A stretch of 64,000 nucleotides of DNA, from assembly GCA_016281055.1 (NCBI GenBank), contig JAEEHW010000085.1, positions 15,203 through 79,202 on the forward strand, in the 5' to 3' direction. Of this stretch, positions 25,201-33,800 are shown piece by piece (positions within the stretch are counted from its first letter, which is position 1; each line of letters opens with the position of its first letter). Source of the DNA: Prevotella sp. GTDB taxonomy: Bacteria; Bacteroidota; Bacteroidia; Bacteroidales; Bacteroidaceae. The notes below the pieces were generated by a model. That model ran no database searches and had not been told where the DNA came from. It saw only the letters and a list, made by a program, of their open reading frames with translations. A program made the position numbers and the translations under genes.

Positions 25201-27544
25201 TGTGGTATCAGGACGTTACATGAATCTGACATACTGGAATCTCAATCCGAATGAATCATACACGCTGACTATTCCTGCTAATACGCTTGAAGATATATAT
25301 GGTGAGAAGAACGCAAGTGAAATCAGTGTATCTTTCACCACCGGTTCTTCTTCAAGTTCCGTTGACAAGCAGATGTTCAACTTTGTGGTAACTCACAAGC
25401 AGAATTGGGATTCAAGAACTCAGGTTACACGTGATTCCATACAGGTTGTAAGTGATGAGGTGATTTCTAACCTTGAGAATCTCAACATCAAATATGGTAC
25501 ACTCGAGTATGGTATTAAGTTGGCGAACTCAACAGAAGGTTCTGATCGTTTCTACATCTTCGTACCTAATGGAGAGTACAATATGAAGGGCTCGTCAAGA
25601 TTGACCGCCGGTGAGTTGGGTAAGACTGCATACGGTAAGGATGAAGACGGTAATTACAGCAGCTCTGTGATGATTGATATTTCACAATACGAGAATGGTG
25701 AGTATTACGCCGGACGTTCTGTGATTACTCGTAGCAATGTATCTATCATCGGACAGAGTCAGGATGGCACTGTGATTTACAATGATCCACAGGTATGTGG
25801 TTCTACAAACTCTACAGATAAACCAGTGTTCTTGTCTTCTACAGTAAGAATAGACTCTGATGTAGAGAATACCTACTTCCAGGATCTGACTATTGAGAAC
25901 CGTTTCTGTGACTCTCAGAGTGGCAGTCCGACAGCGAATATTGTAAATGGTGGTGGTGCACCTGCATTCTACGACAATGGTATGCATACAATCTGTAAGA
26001 ACGTGACGATGAAGGCCCATGAAGGAACTTACAGTTCACGTGCTTGGGAAGGTAACGGCATCGCACATGCAAAGGTTGTCCACAAGACTGACAACTACTA
26101 TGAGGACTGTGCAGTATGGGGCACACACTGGTTCATACATGATCAGGGTCAGGCATGGTTCGAGCGTCCTACTATTGTGCTGCGCTATCGTACCAATTCT
26201 GCAACAATTGCAGCGACAGAACATTTTGCAGACTCTCATCCATGGGGCTACGTGCTTCATAACGGTAAGGTGAAAGCTGAGAACTCAGCAGCAAAGAACC
26301 AGCAGGAAAACAAGTTCTGTCTTGCTTCACCGATGCGTCAGGCTCCTACGGTCAACTTCATTAACATGAAATTTGACGTAACACCTAACGCAGTGGGCTA
26401 TTCAGCTTACAATACTGGTGCAACAATCCGATTCCATGAGTATGGTTCGAAGAACAGCACAGGCAATGACCTTGACCTCACACGTCGTTCATTGAGTGCT
26501 CTGTCACCAGCACCTGGTTCAGAGGATTGCATCCTCTCTTCAGAAGAGGCAGCGGAATACACTCTGCGCAATGCTCTCGGAGGTGACAATGCTTATGATC
26601 CTACCATCTACACCAAGCCGATATCTATGGCAGGCTGTAACTTGAGAAACACCACTACAGACCTTGGTGACTGCGTGATGAGATGGAACTCTGTAGAAGG
26701 TGCTCTCTGCTACTTCGTATTCCGTGTTGACAAGGCAACAGGTGATACTCTGTTCTATACCATAGCTTCGGATGCATCGTTCAAGCCATCAGAGAGACAG
26801 AATGGAAGCTACTTCATCATTCGCGCTGCCAATGAGCGTGGTGGTCTTGGTGAGCCTTCAAATGCGGTAATGTATAAGTTGCTCGACAGCTATCAGGTGA
26901 CCGTCAAGGAGGTAGGTCCTGTTACAGGTAAAGGCTGGAGCACGGTATGTCTGCCAGTGAATGCAACATTTAGTGAGTCTGACGATATCACGGTATATGC
27001 AGCTATCACAGCCAATAACACTACGTTGGGTCTGAAGAAGATTACACCTGCTGATGGTTTGGCGAAGGGTTATGGTTATGTGATATACGCAAAGGCTCCT
27101 GCTACCTATACCTTCAAGGGTACTCACAACGATCCTCGTCCAGTACAGGATGGAGTATTCTCAATCCTTGGTGGTAATCCGGAAGATCACGCTGTCAGCG
27201 TAGGCACGCTCAATCTCTATACCTTGGCATACAAGTCAGAGATAAGCAGCCAGATAGGCTTCTATAAGTTCGTTGGCAGCCAGATACCGGCACGTAAGGC
27301 ATACCTCTCTGTTGATGACCTTAAGGCTAAGGGCTTCTCTGTTCAGGATCTTGGTTCAAAGGGCATGGGCATGATATTCATTGACGATGAAGAATTTGAT
27401 GAGGATGTCACCGACGTACAGGGCGTGAAGGAAGACAACGATGACAGTGATGCCATCTTCGATCTGTCCGGTAAGCAGGTTGACGGTTCACAGATGCGTG
27501 AAGGCCAAATCTACATCATCAATGGTGAAAAGAGAATGAAGTAA
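16235..27544 (+). CDS. giant modular secreted surface protein, paralog 1 (3769 aa), with a degenerate CE8-like module and a T9SS-CTD-like tail
   Basis: ORF track. The hydrophobic signal RRLWTSVVLMILMMVVSGSAFAG follows a ~37-aa extension. There are four Ig-like modules (ETYQWY..AYYYCMVGNSAGN, LTYQWY..SYYYFCVVYNS, RYQWY..EYYYMTVTNDHG, LTYQWF..KFYYCLISNS). InlB-B-repeat-like modules are present (LYKEGYTLTGWTDGTTA..VTLYPVF). A CHB_HEX_C-like module (ETIYYTTDGTKPT) and an SbsA/Big_5-like module (ITLVFDHAM..YTLTIPANTLEDIYG) follow. Confidence 0.9.
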   Translation: MKKNLYFTNFKTAVAACKERGHDGLNGFPGSSAETIRRLWTSVVLMILMMVVSGSAFAGVHFSQNYEAAGAVPDWTTSVSGRFTPIIVEEDGNHYLTVDQDQRVNNGCILSSSSLIGKVPADVNELTMTFDLRLAPSNDQTPNEFTIADGGTGFVLKLVNKGVNSTIWQINDSTTQTVTMDVDKWYSYNIEILEGCVFVTVTDKSSGNVVLARQKVKNIIEKFGLGNMSFVTKRNNANIAIDNVKVSSKAVVKQWDFTKFSEKNLTLDTDNKIQSGNVARWNGTNFNRDLYLCTDTEAEGLYLDGDGPWQILSNSTGLYLSKKGDRPFAITGLSKDDVILIKLYDQAITSGVIPKIWGVNNSELLLLNSGSIYALIVASDGNVAVNLEKYSAVKSISVLREDKPVFVDFSNGENTGVAGTLPEGMEVQKGLSFLVPVNTSMYKSGYTLAGWDNGTDTIACGGESSALVATTYVSVFKQNEVVRTDSKNPVSASFTDVKWTEPGTQDYYVTQTAFNGETQDVGAMVDGKTITLLDIIPGTKITFPAGTVGDYSATDVTVAENTWTYNGSATSLEITYSGSAASTSLIVTFPLTQKPVIRTDIRDVYAANLNAELPITVGAIQAETYQWYTNSVCSTEGGTIISGANSSTYNAPTTTKGNAYYYCMVGNSAGNVISNVARVRVDDYVSFDFTAMSEDDMNYTTDSIKGYSGVVQTMKDSIEWDCMPIISPYHMTGYFGVMTTEVSLQTGKGFSNNNVRGDRTLIMYGLKQGDVVVIKGKSLTGGQIVQNEKNADYGRASVDSLVNANGTDVEILVTMKTDGDLAYLLRRQNIQEIHSVMMPNKYRPTVTTDLDGETHTLARGETQTLTVAATAGDSNALTYQWYRSDANTIKGGLDVNSFGSQAIEGATSASYTTEANQSYYYFCVVYNSVTGAAAVTPHNTRIQCKPQVTYECTDPDVTGVLPPTEIVEIGGQHTVEQHNQLLHKEGYTLTEWTAEKLTDDSVWTYNFGESYYIVNDTKITPVFTKNEQTLKNIIKNVEQQWQFGTTNGAPAVAWTDSEEHPFVEQCVVSGETQDGAIFVTSTGFDNSTAAGEYVAVAAGTTIKIPVKYGTTVTLYAKEGETPSATFMARDLNRAVALTGDANVLTYQYYGGDSIATLTLSAGNYEKLHLKHIPSGMPVIQANLLDDYYAETGKEYTLTVDASDLCRYQWYKNTTKSNTGGTPITGATTKSLTVSRNTDGSEYYYMTVTNDHGTVATNCAQVNFQTYVTYDFTAWDWTDVETSYFAKEDYTMIRLPGGAIIQAFNYPYGLRGMIGCYAATLVPNEGKGGLYNGGGGGRELAIPHMKKGQHLTITGDVDCFKECAFLYKGLHNKNNHMAEEAGDTIPGAATYTYEKKDDNTRVEIDVLTDGAVVFYFNPRYHTIYTIRRPSINTPVIKKNLDKEYVVEKNEEVTLTVQAELSAPIVGDSLTYQWFENTTNSNKGGTKIEGATDPSYTIAKVNANKFYYCLISNSATDATVATIPAAVGFYVTVKYVNNDVVATGECPKDQRVQGGLSIVMPVNQTLYKEGYTLTGWTDGTTATNIGEEYTPANDVTLYPVFVENNADAALTARPEAMTTRWVFSTVNGSAEYNNNVSANVNQETINNYTIDLGVTMTKGDNQQHAEYNASGWMAANGADFTIPVVRNTKIYVDVYSTATGITINGNALAYSAANGQTGNVEYVYTYTGAAGTITLNVGNNYIKQIIAEYPAPEILKADHAEYDVTITSDKVSRKSAVITLTGRNLVAGQEVSVEKVSNGSDITVSPETFTVASDGTVNQQILVTYSQTTVQADGVATLRFFYSNDVKPEVKVNYGRTVAFAGNTTVTAVTDKTVWDWSLADNDIVPVQDSYMSFSDVTLGENVEWPAGVNAANLAGSGRYFSHNTVKSFEGTELYFETTRKGTVEVEFSAAGNGNVSLAVNGENTTYSSSGTTKVVTGKIQVPAGGVLLQGREQGINSGEKMMRVYKITFIPDAETPIITLDKSTSSFTLSTTDMSLPDDDPDKETIYYTTDGTKPTRESYVYNGTPVSLATNVTIHAIAMAKAKNNSDMAELVTDMTTYKLNVNLYPSDEEGRIEISPVSEDGTYTENATVTVRGYAKSGYGLLGWTTSRANIGTQTYCGTGSSMEVTINSTANDYWAVFSTGPQGTVNYDFTGAVFYTVSGENMIDYQARLDYEDDPSKTLEEYRAEWAETLADAYEQIEGYDTFKSPITSTSISVPSNYPLHTMDGLDGGTFTLQYWQDAEENRYDLGTNTLFKPNQTSVTLYPVFKQNEDTNFMEARNSGFNVTWDFRKAYGAHPMTLPSGVSGRYYSTHATMDYYARGSLQKDKTVDLAIKINTEGVEQTDDAFTNEDLDEWATLKQGTKVTIPSSYGAKIIVATYAKMNADDGGTMINGKHPDNIHDENVPKTSDGAYLYTWTMGSDDQEVDLVIGNDYSYYKYINAVFKDAEKVYLKYYTNNDEDGTVTAKLDENEDYVAELTNLGYAYPKGSNVTLTATRNIYHRLLYWLDDKGAKIYPDGTYELANGNTGTISSGKVINGITYKGVTNETDMKYTVSFEMNKFYELQAVFGDMTTYYVNFSVGDGDGLALPLQHIEHGRQLIMPACNYNLYRDGYTLKYYVESGHEDGQHYEFGRSYNIDRDMRLKPVFEKNTKSIDDISDVNGVTATWDMSKMDFDFSNARGHIVAQLPIDENNTIDMRCYVEAKNASYFAYTNEGIGEFSQGAFLKVTTTKNSTVSVVAATGMPFEAKQIKIGGNETAAGATVSYGDNENEVNVTRDSTKIEFAKDSRISSFSVTFRKVSSDLALKSVTIGGVALSAEELLALKNTLNHSYSCEASTVYAADGVMPEVTATANEEGGETAVTQATVENNTAVVLLKKGGVTIQTYNINFTLTGKTAPVVDTLKVNGIVAENGSVSTAQGVNGVITLVFDHAMKTKDVESGADALNQTLDCVVSGRYMNLTYWNLNPNESYTLTIPANTLEDIYGEKNASEISVSFTTGSSSSSVDKQMFNFVVTHKQNWDSRTQVTRDSIQVVSDEVISNLENLNIKYGTLEYGIKLANSTEGSDRFYIFVPNGEYNMKGSSRLTAGELGKTAYGKDEDGNYSSSVMIDISQYENGEYYAGRSVITRSNVSIIGQSQDGTVIYNDPQVCGSTNSTDKPVFLSSTVRIDSDVENTYFQDLTIENRFCDSQSGSPTANIVNGGGAPAFYDNGMHTICKNVTMKAHEGTYSSRAWEGNGIAHAKVVHKTDNYYEDCAVWGTHWFIHDQGQAWFERPTIVLRYRTNSATIAATEHFADSHPWGYVLHNGKVKAENSAAKNQQENKFCLASPMRQAPTVNFINMKFDVTPNAVGYSAYNTGATIRFHEYGSKNSTGNDLDLTRRSLSALSPAPGSEDCILSSEEAAEYTLRNALGGDNAYDPTIYTKPISMAGCNLRNTTTDLGDCVMRWNSVEGALCYFVFRVDKATGDTLFYTIASDASFKPSERQNGSYFIIRAANERGGLGEPSNAVMYKLLDSYQVTVKEVGPVTGKGWSTVCLPVNATFSESDDITVYAAITANNTTLGLKKITPADGLAKGYGYVIYAKAPATYTFKGTHNDPRPVQDGVFSILGGNPEDHAVSVGTLNLYTLAYKSEISSQIGFYKFVGSQIPARKAYLSVDDLKAKGFSVQDLGSKGMGMIFIDDEEFDEDVTDVQGVKEDNDDSDAIFDLSGKQVDGSQMREGQIYIINGEKRMK
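25370..26600 (+). other. CE8 pectinesterase-like beta-helix module of paralog 1 with all catalytic motifs substituted (predicted inactive)
   Basis: Colinear with paralogs 2 and 3. Where those have QAVAV, YQDTY, GTVDF and LGRPW, this module has GGAPAF, AHEGTY (26018-26029), GTHWF (26120-26134) and LASPM. Confidence 0.6.
27404..27541 (+). other. T9SS C-terminal sorting domain-like tail (paralog 1)
   Basis: DVTDVQGVKEDNDDSDAIFDLSGKQVDGSQMREGQIYIINGEKRMK. It matches the terminal pattern iYDLsGr.V......G.YI.NGkK of type A Por secretion tails, but it is short. Confidence 0.5.
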
Positions 27545-27591
27545 GAAAGTGGTTATATAAGGCTATGTAATAGCAGCCACGTTACTGTATA

Positions 27592-27637
27592 AAAAGCATT
27601 CATATTACGGTGTAAAATCTGTAATATGAATGCTTTT
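27592..27637 (+). terminator. hairpin terminator after paralog 1
   Basis: Perfect 17-bp stem aaaagcattcatattac / gtaatatgaatgctttt with a 12-nt loop, followed by gttatagcccttttt. The stem sequence is related to the GTAAAAGCATAG..TATTAC units of the 95-bp element. Confidence 0.7.
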
Positions 27638-27655
27638 GTTATAGCCCTTTTTGGG

Positions 27656-27694
27656 GGGAGTGATAGTGGAGTAGAAAGGGAGTGATAGTGGAGT
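27656..27694 (+). promoter_or_regulatory. 17-bp direct repeat x2 (GGGAGTGATAGTGGAGT, period 22 bp) upstream of the paralog 2 promoter
   Basis: Copies at 27656-27672 and 27678-27694, about 105-150 bp upstream of the -7 box at 27799. This is only a candidate regulator binding site. Confidence 0.3.
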
Positions 27695-27798
27695 GATGGG
27701 GACATTTGTTAAACTTACCTGTATTATGCTTTCTGTTAAAAAAACTGAAATATCATGTCCAAAATAAGAATATTTTTCTCTTATTTAAGAATAATTAT

Positions 27799-27806
27799 TA
27801 CCTTTG
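27799..27806 (+). promoter_or_regulatory. Bacteroidota -7 box TACCTTTG for paralog 2
   Basis: Read in attattacctttgcaga, 35 nt upstream of ATG 27842. Confidence 0.45.
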
Positions 27807-27841
27807 CAGATTGGAAACTAATACTATCGATTCAATAGGTT

Positions 27842-30800
27842 ATGTATTCAATAGGCAAATTGTTAAGAGTAAAAGGATTAGAAGAGAAGTATTTTTGTGT
27901 TTCAACGAAAGGGCGTGCGTATAGTATGCTCTTGTTGTCGTTGTATCTTGTTTTTGACTGTTTGGTAGCCTCAGCACAGGTTGTTCAGCCTGTTTCTCCT
28001 ATGTATGATTTCAGGAGCTGGAGCGCAACCACAATCAGTAATCTTCAGGCTGTGGCGTTGGCAAACGATGATGCGAACATTACGTCAGACACTCCGTGGT
28101 CAACATCGGAAAGTGCTACGCCAGGTGTGACATCAGAAACAAACGACGGGCATGGTTTTTATAATCATGCTGTAGTGACAGATGCGGCTCTTGCGGCTAA
28201 TGGCACGGCAGTAACTGAGGTGGCAGGACTGACGGTGAATGCTCCTTCACATGGTATTGGCATTATTAATGACATTGCTTCCACATCTCTTGGTGATTAT
28301 GCTAATAGTAGTTATTTGTGGTTGATGAATAAAACTACTTATGTTGTAATTCCAAATGTGCTATGTGGTGCAACAATAACTGTGGGCGTGGAGAGCCATA
28401 ATCCCAGTAAGGGACGTGGTGTAGAAGCATTTTACAAGGATGCCAATGGTGAATGGCAGTCAATAGGGAAATACACGAGTAAAGTATTTGCGAATAAAAC
28501 GTTTGACATACCTGTCGTACCTGGACTTACTTCAACGGAGGTGAAGTTGCAGGCCACGGACGGTATGCACCTTTATTATATTGATGCCCAGATAAACGGC
28601 ATGAAAGTGCTGACAAATTCTCTGAACCTGACAACAGGTGACACCCGTACCCTTGTTGACGGTACAGACTATGAGAACCGCAGTGGAGCAGCCATAACAT
28701 TCAGTACTGGTAACGTGGATGTTGCGACTGTTGATGCCAACGGTGTCATCACTGCTGTCGGAGTGGGAGAGACAACGATAACCCTCAGTCAGCCTGCCTC
28801 AGGTGACTACGCAGCCTCTACCCAGACCATAGCAGTATCGGTAATCAGTACCAATGTGAACCCTACGTTCACTACAAACCTGAATGCAACATATAGTGTG
28901 CTGCAGGGACGTACCGTCTGCATGAAGGTGGATATGATAGACGGTGACACCTATCAGTGGTACACCTGTACTGACATAGATGGTGAGACGGGTAAGACAG
29001 CCATCGAAAACGCAACATCCAATACATACAATATACCAGATGAGTGGCCAAACGGCGTGTACTATGTATATTGTCTTGCCACCAACAGCGAGAACGGCAA
29101 CTATACAAGGTCGAATGTCGCTACGGTTACGGTGTCGCCAATGACACATACCTTTGACTTTACGTCATTATCGGCGCAGACGCTGGCTAATATGGCAGCA
29201 GATAATGTGAACTGGACACCGTATGAGAAAGGAACCCAGACAGCAGGCGCCAATGATGACATGGGTTATTATACTGCAAATGCCATGACAGACTTCAGCC
29301 TGTTGTCGGCAAATGGGGAGAACCTGAGTGAGACATATCCTCTGTTGTTTGCCGCCAAGGGTAAGAGCCTTGCATTCGGTTTTATGTATGACATGCCGAC
29401 TGCTGCTATCAGTGGCGCAACACAGTATTACAACGGTTCAGGCATGTTATGGCTGACGTCTGGAGGAAATTCTTCCATTGTCATTCCAAACGTAAAGTGT
29501 GGTTCCATATTGAAGATTGGTCTGGAGAGTCATAAGAACTCAGACGGCCGTGGTGTGACGTTGTATTATGGTTCTAACAACAACAATACCTGGACCAAGG
29601 GAGATGCATACAAGCCGATGCTGTTTACAGAATATGAAATCACCGTTCCGGGAACTGATGAAGTTACGGATCTGAAACTGGAAGCCACCAGTGGTACCCA
29701 CATCTATTACCTTGATGTGGATATGCAGGGATTCAGGCTCCTCAGCGATACCAAGTTGATGGAACAGGGTGAGGAATATACGCTTGTGGAAAATACAGAC
29801 TATGCCAAGTTAGGCAGTGATGCAGTTGTGAAGGCTATCTCCTCAAGTGACGAAACCGTTGCCACTGTTGACGAAAACGGTAAGATTACAGCCGTTGGCA
29901 TTGGTACGGCAGTCATTAGCGTAAAGCAGGAGAAGGAAGGTGTGTATAGCGAGACTATACTCGAGCTTACGCTCAACGTAAAGAAACTTTATACAGTAAC
30001 ATACGACAAGGGAAGCGACAGTGCAGTGAAAGGCCAGGCACTTGGCGCAGTACGTTATGAAGAGAATGCCGAGATAAAACTGCCATCGCCAAACCGTCTT
30101 ATGTATAAGGACGGCTTCACCATGACAGGCTGGAGCGATGGACAGAATACATACGTCTTTGCTGATGACTATACAGTGACGCACAATGTAAATATGGTGC
30201 CGGTATTCACTGCCAACACCACAGGCAAGACATTGTCGGCACTCGCTAATGCTGAGACAGTGACATGGCAGTTCGGCCGTACCAACGGTGCACCATCAAT
30301 GGATTGGAATGCAGCTTCGGCACAGCCAGGTTACCTTGTTGCACAATGCAATGTGAATGGAGAGACACAGGATGTAACGCTGAAAATCAATACCCAGGCA
30401 GAAGGCGCAGGATTTACAAATGCAGAACGCGCAGACAAGGCCGATGCACAGGTAGGCGATCACACGGTGTTCACCATCCCTGCTGCAGAGCACATGCAGA
30501 TAACAATCAACAACGTCAGCGGTGCTGCACCGGCAGCGACCATCTCTGCAACAGGCTTGGAAGCAACAGAGATGACGTGGAATTCATCTGCCAAGACTCT
30601 TACATATACATACGACGGCAATGCTTCGGAAGTAATCATTGACGTTGCTGCTGTTGAATTCCTCGATGGCATTACGGTGAAGTATCCCCGTCCGTCAGAC
30701 TTCGCTATTGTGGAGAATGCCGGAACGCTTGACATGACAGAGAGTGAGAAGCATACACTGACAATAGATGCAGACTATGTCACATCGTCTGACGGTGCTA

Positions 30801-33800
30801 TGACCTATACGTCGAGCAATGATGAAGTGGCAACGGTTACTGCTTCTGGTGAGATAGTTGCCAGAGGTGCAGGTACGGCAGTCATCACTGTCAAGCAGGC
30901 CGCTACCAGCGACTGCTGCAAGGGTGAGATAAACTTTACCGTGAACGTGACCGCAACAACGCAGAATGTAGTGATTACAAATAACCTTCCTGCAACAGCA
31001 GAGGGATATATCAAGAGTACCAACATATTCAGCATTGCGGCAGACAATGCCTCACACTATCAGTGGTATGTATGCACCAATGCCAACAAGAGCGGTTCAA
31101 CAGCCATAGCAGGTGCTACCGAACCAGAATACAACTTCCGTCCGGCAACCGTTGGCGTACATTACATATATTGTGTTGCCAGCAACTCTAAGAACAGTGT
31201 AGCATCTGTTGTCTGCAAGGTTACGGCAAACCGTAAGTTGCAGTGGACCTTTGCACAGACTGCAGAAGAGGTTGCGGCTATTCAGACAGCTATAGATGGT
31301 GGCAGCGACTATTGGGGAACATCCTCAAATGGCCGTTATGTGACGAATCACATATACACAGGTGAAGAGGTGATGATTGATGAAAGTACACCACTCCCAA
31401 TCATGGAAGGACTGCTTGTCACTGGATCATCTTCAAACCAGTTGCTCGTTGGTTCGCCGACCAATACGAACTACAACCGTCTGCAGTTGAATGCAGAATA
31501 CACGATAACCATTCCAGGCTGTAAGGGTGGTGATGAAATCAATATCGTCTGTGAGCAGGCATCCAACAAGACCTCTGTTACCAGAGAGCTCCATGTTTCT
31601 AATGCATACTGCGCTGACGGACTCGGCGACAATCACGACTACATACAGAATACCGAGCATCAGTCAACGTTCAAGTTCGTCATGCAGCGTGACGGTGACT
31701 GTAATATCACTGCTGAGAACTATGCAATACACTCCATCAGTATCATAGACGAGAACTACGTCAAGAAACGTTATGTGTATAGTGTGGTAGCAGTGGATTC
31801 GCTCAGTGGCGACACACTTGACTATGTGCTGCCTGTCACCACGGCATGGGAGGGTGACGTGGTCAGCGGTGTGGCTTACAGCTACTGGAAGCGCACAGCC
31901 GACAACCGTCTTGTTCAGCGTTCATCACAGAACAAGAACTTCCACATGAACTATGAGGTGAACCAGGACACCACATTCGTGATACGCTACAAAAACCTTG
32001 GCATAGACAAGGTGGTATATCTCTCCGAGGCAGAGAATATCAGTGGCGCCAAGCCTTGTGCCGGTTCTACAGTCGAGGCTCGTGCCTCTAATGCCGGTGC
32101 AGCATACTGCGATGCAGCCAGAGGCATAAAACTCACTACACTGTCACCCGGTCGCTATGCCATCAGGGTGGGAATACTCGATGCTAAGAAAGGCGGTGAG
32201 AATAAGCTGGCACTGTTGGCCGACAAGGACAGTATCAAGTTTGTCACCCCGGCAACCTCATCCACCAATCAGTTCTGCGAACTTGCAGACACCATTACTG
32301 TTGATGGCTTCACAGACATCATCTGGCCTAAGGGCGGTGACGATGACCTTGGATTCGATATCATAGCCATCTATGACGTCTCTCTGCCAAAGGCAGACAA
32401 GCCTGTTATCGAACTTGACAATGAAACAGCTACCATGACCATCACCACCGGTGACGACGAGGACGATGTGTACTATACCATCGACGGTACCACGCCAAGC
32501 AGCACCAATGGTACATATTATGATGGAACGCCAGTGCATCTGCCAACCAACTGTACCATCCGTGCGGTGGCTCTGCACAGTCAGAAGAAGCCATCAGACA
32601 TTGCTGACAAGATAACAGAGTTCGTTACATATAAGGTAAATGTTACGCCGTGGCCACGCACATTTGGTTTTGTTCAGGTTACTCCACAGTCAAGCAACAA
32701 TACCTACACCGTTGGCACAGAGGTTACTGCGCGTGCCGTTGCCAAGGCGGGCTATGGATTCAAGGGATGGTGTGCAACTACTGACGGTTCTATTGAGGAT
32801 GGTATGGAAGACCAGAAGCATACCTTTACCATGACTGCAGAGGATGTTGTGCTATATGCACAGTTTGCCGAGGGCGTGAAAGGAACCGTGCACTACGACC
32901 TGTCTGCTGCCAAGTGGTACACGTCGGAAGGCGAAGAAGCAGCACCACAGACAATAAATGGCGCATCCACATTCCCGACAGAGATAGTATCAACGTCAGT
33001 GATAGTTCCTTCAAACTATTCACTGTATGTTCCAGACTATACCCTGGCGTATTGGGAGGATTCCGAGAATAGGAAATATGAGTGTGGAGTAAACAAACTC
33101 TTCACAAATGACTTCAAAGAAGTGACATTGCACCCGGTATATCAGAATAATGCTGAAGCGGACATTCTTAGCGTCCGTACTACCCCAGTCGAGATAACAT
33201 GGGATTTCCGTACAGCTTATGGTGCACAGCCCGTCACTATGGAGAAGGGCACAGGCGAGGAGCGTTACTATACCACTCACGCCACGGTGTCAGGTCAGAC
33301 TGCTGCCGAGCAGATTGTCGATGTTCCTGTTGTGATAGCCGTAGGCACAGAAGAGGGTAGCTTCACCAACGAAGACATGGACACATGGTCATATATGACA
33401 CCAGGTACAAAGGTGATTGTACCGTCGGGTGCAGGTGCTAGGTTCACTCTCGCAACCTATGCACGCATCAGTGATACAGAATCAGGTACGAGAATCAACG
33501 GCAAACTGCCAGACAATATATATTCAGAGGAACTTGTGAAGAATGCTGATGGACATTATCTCTATACATGGCTTGTTGATGAGGAGACCCCGACAGCACA
33601 GCTCATTATCGGAGCAGACGACTATGCTTACTATGCATACCTCAAGGCAGAACTGAAGGCTGCAGCCTTAAAGACGTTGAACGTCACTTCAGAGAACAGT
33701 GCCAAGGGTACGGTGAAGATTGTCACTACCGGCGACGTAAAGGTGAGCGGCGGTCATGCTTTCACTAACGGAACGTATGTTACCGTTGCTGCCGCACGCA

